This document shows positions 14,208-27,487 of a DNA stretch of 64,000 bases, one piece after another. The DNA is from Klebsormidium nitens (taxonomy: Eukaryota; Plantae; Klebsormidiophyceae): contig DF237232.1 in the NCBI GenBank assembly GCA_000708835.1, positions 1 to 64,000 of the forward strand. The letters are read 5' to 3'. The notes below the pieces were generated by a model. That model worked only from the letters and a program-made list of their open reading frames with translations. It was not told where the DNA came from and ran no database searches. The first letter of the stretch is position 1; each line of letters starts with the position of its first letter. The position numbers and the translations under genes were made by a program.

Positions 14208-14307
14208 GTATGTATGTATGTATGTATGTATGTATGTATGTATGTATGTATGTATGTATGTATGTATGTATGTATGTATGTATGTATGTATGTATGTATG
14301 TATGTAT
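14208..14307 (+). repeat. (GTAT)25 tetranucleotide microsatellite
   Basis: Perfect GTAT/TATG array read directly from the sequence, decaying into tatacatgtatgcat. Confidence 0.98.
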
Positions 14308-14736
14308 ACATGTATGCATATTTGCAGGTAGTAGGCCTATACTCGGGGGCCCTAGGCTACGGCCCGGGCCGTCGATCCCGGACGTTAGCTTAGAGAGACT
14401 CACTTCCTTGAGTGATTCATTACATAGTCATAGGCGGGGGCCCGTGCGGGCGCACCCGGGTTCCCTCCGATTCCTTATAACCTAAACGTACTGCATGCTA
14501 GCTTGAAGTCACGAGTGATTGTTCCTGGGCGGCAGCGCGGCCTGTATATGGTATAATTGTTAATTGTTCATATTTGATCCGGTTCGAGGAGCCGCATGAA
14601 TGATAGGCACACTTATAAGTCGACGGTTCTCCTACTTAAAACTCCATGTGCGTCGTAATGTGCACATTGGTGCATGCACAGACTTAGCTACTCGACAGAT
14701 CCTGTACATAGATTATGCCGTAATGCATCTACTAAT

Positions 14737-16293
14737 TCATAATGATAAGATTGCAATATGGCGCAGAAAGATTGTCAAAATTTCGGCTAAAACAATCGGA
14801 TGCAATTGATGATATGGCACGAACCCTTTGCGGCCCTCCGATGCCGCACTAGCATTGGAATCCTGTCGATTGAAGAGAGTGTTACCTGCTTTTCCAAATT
14901 TAGGCGCCCAGCATGGGGCATCCGAAAGACAACGGTTGGCACGAATCACCTGATGACGGGACAGCAGGCATGACATCACATTTGCAATTGTTTGTTTCCG
15001 CTGTATATTGTACAAAAATACTGGGCTTAGTGCATATGGACTCCGCTGAAGGCTCTATTATATTGTCACCCATTAATGTCAAAGAAGCGCTTCCAAGATT
15101 GCCATGGAAGGAATCCACCTGCACCAAAGGTCTATCCAGCTCAATTGCTCGACTCACGGTGGCATGAGACTCTCTCGTGACTGGAAAGCTGAACTTGCCA
15201 AGTAAAGTCACAGGATTGGCTACGATGGACTAAGAAACATCCGGCCTTTTTGTACTTACGCAACATTGCCAAACCCATGCTGTAGTGCAAAGTATGACAA
15301 CTGAAGGAACTTCAAGAGAGAAGCAGAACCATTCCGACATACTTCAATGCAAGTACATACTCACCACATGCATTGCAGCGTCGATAATAACGTCCTCTAA
15401 GCACCAACCCTGAACCTTTACAGACCTCACATCGCCGTTGTTGAACCTGGGTAAGCAAAGACAGATTGTTCTCAAATGAGTAGCGACTGCTGGCAAGGTA
15501 CTTTTCGGCCTAAGATTGGGCAAACCAAATGCTTCAACCAGCCCAAAGGCGATGAACATCAGTAAGAAACAGCATCATTGACCGCAGCAGAGTATGATGC
15601 AACTGAAATGCTCAGCAACCTCGCATGCAAGTGCAAAGACCATGTTGACGGATAGCTCTAAAGTCAGTCTGCAAAGAGCCTTACAATCCGTTTGCTAAAC
15701 TCAATGCCCGCAACTACGAAAGGAGTGACGCCAGCTGCACACGTGCAAAAACAACCTGGGTGTTGAAATGATTAAGACAACACTAACACCTTATAAGCCA
15801 GGCCTGTAGCTGGATCGACCTGCAGGGGTACCAGGTCAAAGTCACAGCATTGCAGGCTGGCATCACGAAGAAATCAAGTGGAGTTGCTGATAGCGTCTGC
15901 AGCTCAATCGCCATCAAGTTTGGTGCAGTAGTGTTGGACACGACGGTACAGCACACTCAGCCCCATCCATCAACAGGATGACTTGTCTCCACTGTGCTCA
16001 CCAACTGTCCCCACAATGACGGGCACGTCAACGCTGCCACCTGCGGACATCTGTACGCTTCGATGGTGCCTGCGTAACACCCGCCCATGCAAACTTTTGG
16101 ATCCATCATCCAGTCCCTTGCAACCTGACCCCAAAGACACCAGTGGCCACCTTGGTCTACTTGCTTGTGGCACCAACACGCGGGAGCAGTTTCGAACAAC
16201 AACAAGCGGGTCGCAGCGATGCTCGCCACCTCCCGCAACAGCTGCTGTGCAACGAGGGGCGGCAACAGGATTGTGGAGTGCTAGGACCGCCAT
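14737..16293 (-). CDS. Hypothetical multi-exon protein with transit-peptide-like N-terminus; gene model and 3' end unresolved
   Basis: ATG at 16293 (MAVLALHNPVAAPRCTAAV..., Ala/Ser/Arg-rich) with a GTGAGC donor at 16001. Exon RFNNGDVRSVKVQGWCLEDVIIDAAMHV lies between cccag and gtgagt and joins in phase to SIVANPVTLLGKFSFPVTRE.... Middle exons could not be phased unambiguously. Confidence 0.4.
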
Positions 16294-16401
16294 TCTGCCG
16301 CTAGCGCTGTTGTAAAACTTGAAAGAACTGCCCCTGAACCATGTAAATGATCGAGAATACAAGAACTTCTTGAAGAAGCATGGATGTGGCTGAAAGCTTG
16401 C

Positions 16402-16427
16402 TGACGTCGCTATTAGGGTTAGGGTTT
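16402..16427. promoter_or_regulatory. TGACGT motif plus tandem telo-box-like (TTAGGG)2 in a bidirectional promoter
   Basis: TGACGT at 16402-16407 and TTAGGGTTAGGGTTT at 16413-16427 (AAACCCTAACCCTAA on the minus strand), between divergent ATGs at 16293 and 16668. Confidence 0.45.
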
Positions 16428-16667
16428 CAAAAGGAAACGGCTCTGCGCTTCCTAAAGGCTTAAACCGAAGGAGACCGCACCGGCAACACCACCTCCAGGT
16501 GGACTCGGAGGGTTACAAAATTTGAAACTCAAGAGCACAGTTTGTGCAGGGCGACCAACTTGTTTAGAGCCTAGAAAAGCTTCGAACGTAGGAGGAAGAC
16601 GCTTGATCGATCAAGATCAAAATTCTGATAACCTGGCAGGATAATTCCTTACAGTAGGGTTATAAGC

Positions 16668-19600
16668 ATGGGGAGTTACTCCGGGGAGCTCACCGGGGCG
16701 GTCGGGCTTGTCAGCAACACAGGCGGGCTCAGGGGGAAAGATCAAGTGGAAGGAGCAGTTGATGGGTGCGCATCTGTCGCTTTGTTCTTAGGAATACGTC
16801 TGAAAGTTGCCCATCAGATTCTGCTGGATCGGGCAAGGCTGTGTCTTTGCAGACCCATTGTAGGAGATCACGAGTCCCTTGATGGATCTGCTCCTTAGCT
16901 TCTGCTACCTTTAGCAAGAAAGCTTGATGCTGGTGCTTCTAAGCCGTTGTGCCTTTAGCCTTAAGCAGGGCACTGTCATACCTGATAGCACCTTATTTTG
17001 AGGGTGATGCGAGACCTGAATCAGTAGATCTACGTCAATTTGAAGGTCAGGATCAAATGAAGCCTGTAGTCCATGAGGAACCACTGGGGTAATGCTCCCC
17101 TTCAAGCAACTGGGTCTCCATGCTTCGCACAAAATGCACTGCAAGTCGACTACCTGGTCACCCTTTGCAAACCTTCATTGCCCCACGCAACGGGCGTTTA
17201 GCACATCTTTGAGCTCCCATCATTGAGATGGTGGTCAAGCACTAGTTTGCTTTTTCGCCTTGTACTCATGCATTTGTTTACCCCTCTGTCTCCACCTTCC
17301 CGTGCTGCAGGTATGAGAAGTACCACAGCCTCCATGGGGGCGATGTGGCTGCCAGGAAGGCGTCTTACGCTGACATGGTGAGCCTGGCACCTCGCTCAGG
17401 TGTGCACCACTTGCTATCCACGCTTCTCCAGTCAAAATTGGCGGCCACGCGGCGCAGCCTCAATTCTACACATCTGAGATCAGTGTACGCTGCTTATCGA
17501 CTTTGTCCCTGTTTGCAGGTGAACCGATACTATGATCTGGCCACCAGTTTCTACGAATATGGATGGGGGGAGTCCTTCCACTTTGCCCACAGGTCGGTCT
17601 CTCGCAGAGCGTCCCCTCTGACAGTTGTGTGCACAATTGTGAGATTCTTCTTGCCCTTTTCTTGTTACCACTGTGCTGCTGCCCATTGTTCTGCCCCTCC
17701 TTGCGCCCTCCAATGTCTTTGCCTCCTTGCAGAGTGCGCAATGAGACACTGCGCGACAGCATCCGGCGCCATGAGCACTTTTTGGCTCTCAAGCTGGGCT
17801 TGAAGCCAGGCGACAAGGTGCTGGACGTGGGTTGCGGCATCGGGGGCCCGCTGCGGGAGATTGCCATCTTCAGGTGCGCTGCCACCACCAGAGCAAGCAA
17901 GCTTCAGACTATTTTCAACTCTGTGTTAAGTACGACTGTTGGCACTACAGCCCACGCAACAGCCTGGCTCGTTCGCGATTTGCTGACTCATTGCCTCGCG
18001 GTCTGATCTGCAGTGGGGCATCCATCACAGGCTTGAACAACAATGCATACCAGATTACCCGAGGGGAGGCGTTGAACCACTACTTTGGCCTAGACAAGAC
18101 ATGCAACTTTCTCAAAGTAAGCCTCCCGCCCTCGTCTCCCAACTTCACAAGAGAAAGCTGGCCTTCGACATGGGGAGTCAGTTTCCCAAACCTCATTCAA
18201 AGCCACTACAGGTTCTTATGCAAGGTGCTGTGGATCATGTGTTGTGCAGGCCGCTGCTGGAGATATGACTGCATGCTGACGTCAGAAAAGCTCTTGCTCT
18301 TGCAGGCAGACTTCATGAAGATCCCCCAGCCGGACAACACGTATGACGCCGTCTATGAGATTGAGGCAACCTGCCATGCGCCTGAGCCGGTGAGTGTGTC
18401 TGCCTGCCTGGGACCTCAGCGGTGGCTCACGCCTCCAGACCTTCCTCCACACTCACAGCCAGCCTGCTGCTGCAGAAATTGTTTGGTCAGAATTGAGACA
18501 GCTGTTGTTACATGATCCGATGCTACTATCCAGCACTTGCTTTTCTCTCTGCCCAGCAAAGCCCCCGTAGATGCAACTGGTTCGCTGAAACTGGCAAAGG
18601 CTGCCGTGCTGACCTTGCCCGGCTGGTGTCCAGGTGAACTGCTACCGGGAGCTGTTGCGCGTCCTCAAGCCAGGGGGCTGCTTTGCCGGGTACGAGTGGT
18701 GCATGACCGCCAGCTTTGATGCCGACAATGCTGAGCACCGCCGGATCAAGGTGAGGCAGCGCCGCCGTACCAGATTTTCAACCGCTTGCAGTCGCCTGGG
18801 CTCCTGAGGAAGTGTGCAGGAGACATTCATGTACCTGCTCACTTGTTTGTGATGTGAAGGACCGTTTTGCCCTCGTTAATGCAGGCGGCCACGAGCCCAT
18901 TTCCCGAAAAGAAGGAGCGCGTTAGTCATGGGACGGACAAAGCATCCTTGAAGGTGTCAGAGATGGAATCGAGACCAATCACCTAATCAGGCATGCATGT
19001 CTTCGCACTCTCGTCAAAAAGTGCATGCCCCATGAGGCCAGGATGTCGTAGCTCCGGCCGATAGCGTTGTAACAATCATTTCAAGACACGCCTTCTTAAC
19101 TTAGAGGGAGTCTTGATTCCTGGGATCCTTAAATTCTCGTTGCGCTGTGCAGTCGGAGATTGAGATTGGCAATGGGCTGCCTGACCTGCAAACTGTGGCA
19201 CAGTGCCGCAGAGCGCTGGTGGAAGCAGGCTTCGAGGTGAGGCCGCACCCATCACTCCCACCTCTTTTCTTTCAAGATTCAGCAATCCGCTCTGCAAGGG
19301 ACCTCAGGCAGCTTCAGGGCGTTATCGGCGTTGCCACATCATGTTCATGTCATGCTATACTTTGACACTGCGACGCATAACGTTGCTCGTCGTGCGAAAT
19401 GCATGGACCCTGTTTAGGCCTTGGGATTCCGGTTCTTGAAATGAGTCCTCCGCTGTTCCGCTGTGGCCGTCCCCCCGCTCACCCTGGCTGGCTGCTGCGC
19501 CGCTGCTCCGCAGGTGCTTGACGCGGCGGACCTGACCCTGACTGCGGAGGTGCCGTGGTGGCAGCCGCTGGGCCCCGCGCTGTGGGAGTTGCGCACCCCG

Positions 19601-20137
19601 CAGGACTTCGCCCGCCACTGGATGGGCCGCTTCCTCACTCGCAACGCCGTCAAGCTGCTGGAGAAGGTCCGCATTGCGCCGGGCGGCAGCGTGCGCGTGC
19701 AGGAGTTCCTCGAGAAGGGCGCGGACGGCCTGCTCGAGGGCGGCCGGTGAGTGTGCTGCTGTACCACAACCCGGGCAAGACCCGGGGGAACATATCACAT
19801 CTGCACCCTCTGGCAAGGAGCTACAGCTTTGTGTAATCTGAGAGTCGCACGTTTCAAACGGTCTGAACTACCTCGTTACCAAGTGACCTGCCGGGGCCGG
19901 TGTTTGGCCCCTCTAAAGATGTTCAGGAAACCACGTCACTATTTTCCTTGATTGGCAGCTCTTTTGCAACTGTATCGAGTCCAAACGGATTCAGAGTCCT
20001 CATCAATAAGGACCCTCTGATGCTCTTACTTCGTATGCTCACCCTTCGGTGATCGCGTGTGCTCGTGCAGGAAAGAGCTCTTCACCCCCATGTACTTCTT
20101 CGTAGCTCGCAAGCCCCTACAAAGCAAGCTTCGGTGA
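16668..20137 (+). CDS. SMT1: Cycloartenol C24-methyltransferase (sterol methyltransferase 1), multi-exon
   Basis: Spliced protein MGSYSG...GAVDG|YEKYH...VNRYYDLATSFYEYGWGESFHFA...LDVGCGIGGPLREIA...YEIEATCHAP...IEIGNGLPD...GLLEGGR|KELFTPMYFFVARKPLQSKLR*. Canonical SMT motifs, SMT1-type C-terminus, and no SMT2-type N-terminal membrane anchor. Confidence 0.95.
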
Positions 20138-21107
20138 CAGAAACGTTGACTGGTGTTGCCTTGCTTGTGATCTTTGCCGAGCCTTGGAAGAGCCAAGTCT
20201 AACGGCTGGTTAAGATCTTGTCAGAAATTGTTTTGAGGAAAGAAGTCACTCGTGTACGTGTTGAAATCCATGCACATTCTAAGTTTGAGACGGTATACTG
20301 TACAAGTCTGCAGCAGCCTCTTGAAAATGTCAGTGTCACTGCAGGTGATATGATACGGTTGCTAAGATTCCGGTTCATGTTACCGAAGGTAACTTGCATC
20401 AGAGCTCAGCTGTTGGACGTGATGCATGGCGGCTTGCTAGCATCTCGGCATGAGCCACGCAGCCGCCACTGTGGCACTGTGCTTAAGTTTGTTGATTGCA
20501 TGCGCCATGCGCTTAATGTATACAATCCAACATTGTTTGCTCATGCATGAAGAGACGGTATGTTTAGAATAACCATGTGCATCGTCACCGTACTAATGAT
20601 ACGTGCATTTGATCGAATAGCCAGCGCGCCTCATTATACAGTATTTCATGGTGTCACGTATACTGATAGATAACATATTGGTGACACGTACGCTCATATG
20701 ATTATTAGCTATAGTTGACTCAGAAAGCTGGCTGGCACGCGGCGGAGCTCCATTTCCGAGCAGCTATCGCGCCCCCGCGCCCGCTAATGCGAGCTAGCTC
20801 TTGTGGTACAGTTCTGCATTCCAAAGTTACTATGGAGGCATTCAATGTGTCGACCAATCTGAGTCATACCTGAAGTGGCAGCTTCCATACGCCATATACA
20901 TATGTAATATATAACCGGTTATCATCCATGACAAATGCGATATGCATCTTGCCGATTGCACAAAGTCGACGATCAAAACTATACGTTCCATTTTCAACTC
21001 GTTTTAACGAACATGGATAACAACAACGTACGTGGACTATACTGAGTATGTTTTGGGTTGCACAGGCTGCTGCTCGACTGCTCGTGGGCTCTGTGGCCGG
21101 CCCCCCG

Positions 21108-24100
21108 TCAGGCTTGCAGGAAGACGAGCTGGTCAACGAGGAAGCAGTCGTGGTACTTTTGCTTCCCCGCCAGCTCCTGCAGCGTGGCCTGGATGTCCGC
21201 CTCGCTCGTACTTGCCGCCGCCTCCGCCTGCCGCACGCGCCGCAGGTACTTGTACACCTGATGAGCACCACAGGCAAGGGTCGGCAGACAGGCAAGGCTG
21301 GACGGCGCTGCGAGGGGCAGTCAAGCAGGGAACAGCTTCCCGTTCACGCCACCACGATATCCCCCACTGCTACTCTGCCGGGGTGCTTTAGCCTGGCGGC
21401 GCTCAGTCTGGCCTGCGTCTCTGGTTCATGTACGTTGTGGGAAGCCGGAGGGGCCGGCTGGCCGCGCGGCGCACCTGTTTGAAGAGGCCGTCTCCCAGCT
21501 TCTCCCGGCAGCGCTGCTCCAGGTTGGCCACCCGCTTGGCCCGGTCCTTGCTCACGAACGTGTCGGACACCGAGCACTCCGCCTCTGCCAGCAACAGGGC
21601 GGCAAGACAGGCACACAGCATCAGATCACAGCCAGACACTTACAAGAGACTCTTCTCGTACCAAATCCAGGCGACAACAAAGTCACAACGTTCTTCGGGC
21701 CAGTACCTGTGTGGCCAAGACTGCATAGGGCGGCACAGCGAATCGCGTCCTGGGGCGGCCGGGGCGCACCTTTCTTGTCGCTGTGCAGCTGGCGGTGCAG
21801 GTTCCCAATGAGAGCGGCCACGTCGGCGCGGCCGTCCTCCGCGGGGTTGTACTCCTCAAAGTCGTCCTCGTACACCACCTCGCCGTCGCCGCCGTCGGAT
21901 GCCTGCACGCCAACACGTGGCCCGCAGCAAGTCAGCGACGCCACCACGCCACATCAGCTCGTGCAGTGGAGCAGACACCGCTCAAGGGCAGGCCGTGCAC
22001 CAGCCCCTCCTTCTTCTCCATCCGAAGCCATGTCGCGAGCTGCATGACGTTGACGTTAGTGCCCACCCCTCACAAACAATCTTCGTTTCAACTTTTCGCC
22101 AGGCCCCTTCATGAAACGGGGGAACGGCGACTGGCCCCCACCGTGTCTGGCGCAAGGGTTGGCCGCGGGGATCCCTCACCGTATCTTGCTCCACGTCCGG
22201 CCCGTGCCTCTGGCCCGGCTGCGCGCTCCAGGCTCGCCTGCCGGCCTCGGGCTGCTTGACGGGTGCGCCCACCTTGCGCGCCGCGGCGATGCCCATGCCC
22301 GGGGCGGCCGTCACCGTGGACCCCAGCGTGCTGCGCTCCACCGGCTCGCGGGACCTGGAACAGGGCGACGCGGGGTCAGTCAGCGGAGGCGAACGCAGTA
22401 AAGACCATCATTTTCCGGAGTCTATTGCCGGCCTGCAGGCCTGCAGAGTTCTATGTTCTCAAGAAGGATGATTTGACAATGAAACGGCACCTTCCTGGTC
22501 ACGCAACCTGGGGGGATCTGCGACCAAGGCGGTGCCACATATGTATGTGGATACTAGCCCTACGGGGGGACAAATGATGCTGACGCATCGTTGACGCTTC
22601 TGCCTCATTGGATCTCAATGTCGGATCTCAATTGAGAGTAAACGCACGCGTCTTCTTACGTTCGTAGAGGACCGGCTTTGTGTGCAGCCTGACGACCCCA
22701 TTCTTAACGTTTGGCATTTGCGTTGGAGCCGGAAGAATGTATCGATAGCTGCCTCTCAAGAGCTTCGGCCCCTAGCCTATGTCCGTCCTTACACCTTTTG
22801 CCAAGATGCTCAACATGACGACAAGGTTACCATGTTCCATCGCTCATGGCTGCATTCACTGAGGGGCGTCTTTGGCCTTGGAGTATTGGCAGCAGGTGCT
22901 CTTCTCGCTGTGCCGTGGAGCGCCCGCTGGGTTTGTCATACTCACCTGTTCTTCGCCTTGCTGCCCGGCCCGGCTGGCCCGCTGCTGTGGGGTCGGGCGC
23001 CGCCGACGGGTGCCTGCTTGTGCGCCGCGGCCGCTGTACAAGGAACCTAGGAACAGCGGGGGTTGAGGCGTCAGACGGAGCTGGGAATACGCGGTACACG
23101 CGCGTCAGGGCGTGGGCAGAAGACGAAGGTGAAGCATGTTTGTTTGGGCGAGCTTGCTCTTAGCTGGTGAGAGACAAAAGTGCGCGTGCAATATTGAAGT
23201 AGAGGACCCTCCGGTCCTGCAAGAAATGCGCCGATGCGGAGTTCGAAGGCTCTGGCGGTTAGAAGTGGCTCGGATGACGTAGGCGAGATTGACTGTGCCA
23301 TTCTTCCACCGTGTACCACACGCTTAGCTGGCTTTTCTGCCATTGCCCCGGTAGCAAGCGCATCGCTAGCCGTTCGTCGGCAGCCTGGTGCCCTTTGGCT
23401 GGCGCTCACCTCATCCCAGTCGAAGCCGGTTTGTTCGTCCGCCTCCTTCGCCCGCCCACTGCTGCTCGCCTTGTTGCCCCGCTCTGCGTGCCGCTCCCAG
23501 TCGCCTGCAGGAGCACGCCGAGGTGAAGGCACGGCAAGCAGCTCGCAAGGCCCACGATGACACGCCTCGCTCACTGGCCGTTTGATCGGCAGCTGAAAGC
23601 CTAAGCGGACTTAAGACTGCGCGCGAGCACTCGCTGACCCGCCGGCGGGCGGCGGGTAGTGTGCCGCGTGCGGCGCGGGTGCTACCTGGGTGCGTGGGCC
23701 GGTCGTCCTCCCCGCCCGTCATGGTCCCCAGCATCACGGCGTCGTCATCCGCTGCGTCGGCGGCCCACTCCGCGCTGCCCCACGGCTGCTGCACAGCCAA
23801 CACGCGCAGCTCAGAGGACAGCCAGCACAGCAGCACCGCCACCACGCTCGCGTCGCACAACGGCGCTCCCTCTGAGAGCTGCACGACTCTCCCACAACGG
23901 CGAGCAGTACAAAAGTATCCCGGTGCTTAGGCGCCTCACCCGCTCACTGCCCAAGTCTGGCGTGGGGTCGCTCCGCGAGCGCGGGGCGGTGTCGAGGCGG
24001 CACGTGGCCATATTAGGCGTGGCGTCGTCGTCCACCTGGCCGGCATCCACCTCGTGACCGCCGCGGTAAAACTGGGGCACGCACAAACACCCGCGCTCAG

Positions 24101-26754
24101 TCAACAGGATACGGGCGTGATGGACCACGTACGTACTCACACGCGTCGTCAGACGTGCTGGGAGTCACCGTTCAGTCAAAACTTGGTTCAGGAGCGATCT
24201 GTTTCAGCATGACAGCGAGGACACACCTCTTGGAGGAACCTTTTCTTGGCGACCTGGCGCGCGCGGATGCTCTCGGAGCTGGCCCGGATGAGCTCCGCCT
24301 CCCGCTGCGCACTCTGCGCGAGCTTGCGCGCCACCAGCCGCTGCTGTGGGGACAGCGCCTTGCTGCCGTCGGGGCTGGTCGCGGTGCGCACGGGACGGCG
24401 GCTCACCTCGCCTCCAGCCCCGATCTGAAGGCCCGCAGAGGCGGCCAAGCCGGGGCCGCGGTCGACGCGGATCGTCTTCAGCTGGCTCGAGGCCCTGCGG
24501 AAAGCAAAGGAGAGTATGGGTGACCGGGCTTTCATGTCTCTGGACCAGGAACAAAACAGCAAAGCGAGTCGAGCCATCCCCGAAAGGGCCCTTGACGATG
24601 TGATCGGAAAGCACAAAGTCGGGTCCGCGTAAGAGGACACTGACATTCTCAAACTTAGAACACAAGCAGCACCCAGTGCGTGTCAATCAGAACGTTGCGT
24701 GGTACTCTTTCTTGCACTCCAAGAGTCAGTCAAAAATGAAGGATGGCTTGAAGCGGCAACGCAAATGCCCCGTTGGAGCCAGTCTATCCGCAAGGGGCCT
24801 GACCATCGTTGCTGTGCGGAGGCCATGTGCTGCTGCAGCCAGGGCATCTGCAGGACGGTCGAGACGGGCGGCCGGTCCGCGGGGTTGTTGGCCAGCAGGC
24901 TGCGCACGAGGTGCGCGAGCTGGGGGGAGTAGCGCTGCGGCGGGAGGGGCGGGTAGGTGCCGCGCACGATCTGGTAGACCAGGCTGAGCAGGTTGCCCGC
25001 GTCAAAGGCGTGCTTGAGCATGGCCATCTCGTAGAGCACGCAGCCCAGCGACCACAGGTCCGACTTGTACGTGTATGGCACGCTCTGCACGCACTCTGGG
25101 GCCATGTAGAACGGCTGCACCCAAGCGCACCGCACCGCGTCAGCACAACGAGCAACGGAACCGTCACACGTTCCAATGGCCTCGTCCTTGACAGAGGAGG
25201 AAAACTAGACCTGGAACCTTGGCCTGGGTCACTCCACTTCGGCACAATTGATGCAGTTGACAATGAAGCAGCGGGGTCCGGGCAAGCGGTTGTGGCCTCA
25301 CCGTTCCAGTGACCGTGTTGGCGTAGTCGTTGGTGTGCTCCAACACTTTGCAGATGCCAAAGTCCCCGATCTTTATAACCCCACCTTTACACAGGAAGAT
25401 GTTCTGTGTTTTCAAGTCTCGATGCTGCAAAGAAACGGGCAAGCGTTTTAGAGAAAGATCAGAGTGCCGAACCAAACCGTCATCAGCGTGTCTGGGTACT
25501 ATCGATAGAGATGGAAATCTGAAAATTGTCGCAACATCACTTTGGATGAGTGGAACGAAGAAGTACCCAGGAGGCCCTCGTTGCTACTTACCAGGATCTT
25601 TTTGCTGTGGATATGCTGCAACGCCTGCAACAACGTATGAGGGTCACGGCTCAGTAAGACGCCTCCTTCCAGACCGCACTTGAAGAATGCAAGATTGGTA
25701 CGAAAACCTCAATTGTGAACTGTGCAGGACTCCAGACTCGCAGTCGGTGACCAGACTTATGTACAGCCGAAACTGGGGCTTGCCTTGGGCAGAGCGACTT
25801 ACCATGGCAATCTGCACGAACCAGTCCAGAATTTGCTGCACCAGGTCCACGCACTAGTGTTAGCAGAAGGACTCCAGGTCAGCCGCTAAACGAGAGAGAG
25901 AGACGGATTCAAAGTAGGCGACAGCTCATCAAGTGGGCCTTTGCTAGATTCTTATTCCTGGTCTTCTGAAATGTATGGGTGCCAACTATCTCGAATAACA
26001 ATCCGCTTTGCAAAGCATCTAGCATTCAAAAGCAGAATTCGACACTTGAGTCCCAGGAGTCTATAAAGGTCACCATTTCGGAGAAGTACTCCTCCTTTTT
26101 GGCTGCTGCACGGATGCGCTGGAAGAGGTCCCCCTCTTCGCAGTAGGTGGTTACGATGTGCAGGCTGTTCTCATGCAGAAAGCTCTCGCGGTACCCCAGT
26201 ACATTGGGGTGCTTCAGGGTCTGCAACACCCGCGCCTGCATAGCAAATGCATGTACCCAAAGAAGTCAGGTGCCAAGGCCAGAAGCACTTGTGGGGGCCG
26301 GAAACAGACAGAGCGTGCGTCGACATCCTCCTGCCAACCATCGTGCACTTTCCAGCAGGCTGTCTGTTCTAGGTGGCGCCTCGTCAGCCTCAGCTGCGGG
26401 TGCAGAGGCGCACCTCGCGCAATGCTGCGTCCCGGTCTGCATGATTGCTGTCAGAGAGCACGATCTTCTTCATGGCATAAAGCGTCTTGTTGGACACATC
26501 ACGAACCAGGTAGGCAGTGCCGTAGCTGCCATGACTGCAGAGACAGGAAAAGAAACTCAGCATATGCATGAGGTGGCTATCATGTGGCAGTGCTTTGAGC
26601 TGGGCTTGACTCAAAAACCAGATTGGCAATCTGCTGCATTGGTATGGTCCAGTGCAGCATGAGGGGCACCAAGAGAGTAACATCAAGGCACGTTTTCCTG
26701 ATGCTGCTTGAGGTCGCCTTACCCAATTGTCTTCACAATCTCGTAATTCTGCAT
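21108..26754 (-). CDS. NEK: NIMA-related Ser/Thr kinase (NEK family) with NEK11-like C-terminal helical domain, multi-exon
   Basis: MQNYEIVKTIG|HGSYG..AMKKI..EV..LQTLKHPNV..YCEEGDL..QILDWFVQIAM|ALQHIHSKKIL|HRDLKTQNIFL..KIGDFG..GT|PFYMAPE..YTYKSDLWSLGC. The tail ends CREKLGDGLFKQ|VYKYLRRVR...DCFLVDQLVFLQA*, with TGA at 21108-21110. Confidence 0.92.
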
Positions 26755-27487
26755 TCCGTCGTAGTGCTCTGCCTGCGCCATGACGCAAGTCTGACCAGGT
26801 CGCTTGCAGCATGAATTGACCCTGATGGTCAGCCTTTAATGCACTGGTTCTCATACGTCACATGTAATGCCGCTCAGTCAGAGACTGGACCACCAAACAG
26901 TGTCAGCGGTCATAAGGAACCCATCCCACTCGGACTGATTTAGGAATGGGCGTCCGAGCAGGTTCTGGACCCGCTCATGGACCACCGTGTTGAATCGTAT
27001 CAAACGGTCGCTATTGACAGAGCACAGTCTGACAAGAAAAGATCATATGCCTGGAGATGGCTGAGTGCAGTCAGGCCAAATGTCCTGAAGGATACAGCCC
27101 CGACCTGTTGGAAAGTTGTTGGCTATGGCTGCTAAGGGTTTGCTGCACAAAAACCGTTGCAAGCAGCAATCAATGAATTGCACCCCCGCCCAGATCTATA
27201 GGGTATAGTTTGCTTGGATTTACGAAGGCCGCCGCTGTCATGCCTCTGTATCAATCCTGAAATCCTCTTGGATGGAACACTCTGATCTGGTCTTTCAAGG
27301 CAACCTGACAGAGACAGCCGCTGGACATTGAAGGAAAGAGCACTCTCAAGGGAGACGGTCACTGGCCGAAGCAAAAGTATGTACATGTAGGATATCTGGA
27401 TACTTGACGCGCGCCAAAAACAATGACAGAGAGAGAGCCTGAGCTATACGGTCCATCGTCATTGCTTGGAACCCTAAATTCATCCGA

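Noticed and set aside
14115-14485. ORFs with MYVC/HTYI repeats
   Set aside because: These are translations of the (GTAT)n microsatellite.
14437-14500. Helitron 3' end (GC hairpin plus CTRR)
   Set aside because: The hairpin is imperfect and no CTRR-T terminus lies at the expected spacing. Kept only as part of the microsatellite-element hypothesis.
15030-15200. RimP-like match (VSRAIELDRPL) in the hypothetical protein
   Set aside because: Motif spacing is incompatible with RimP, so this is probably a chance resemblance.
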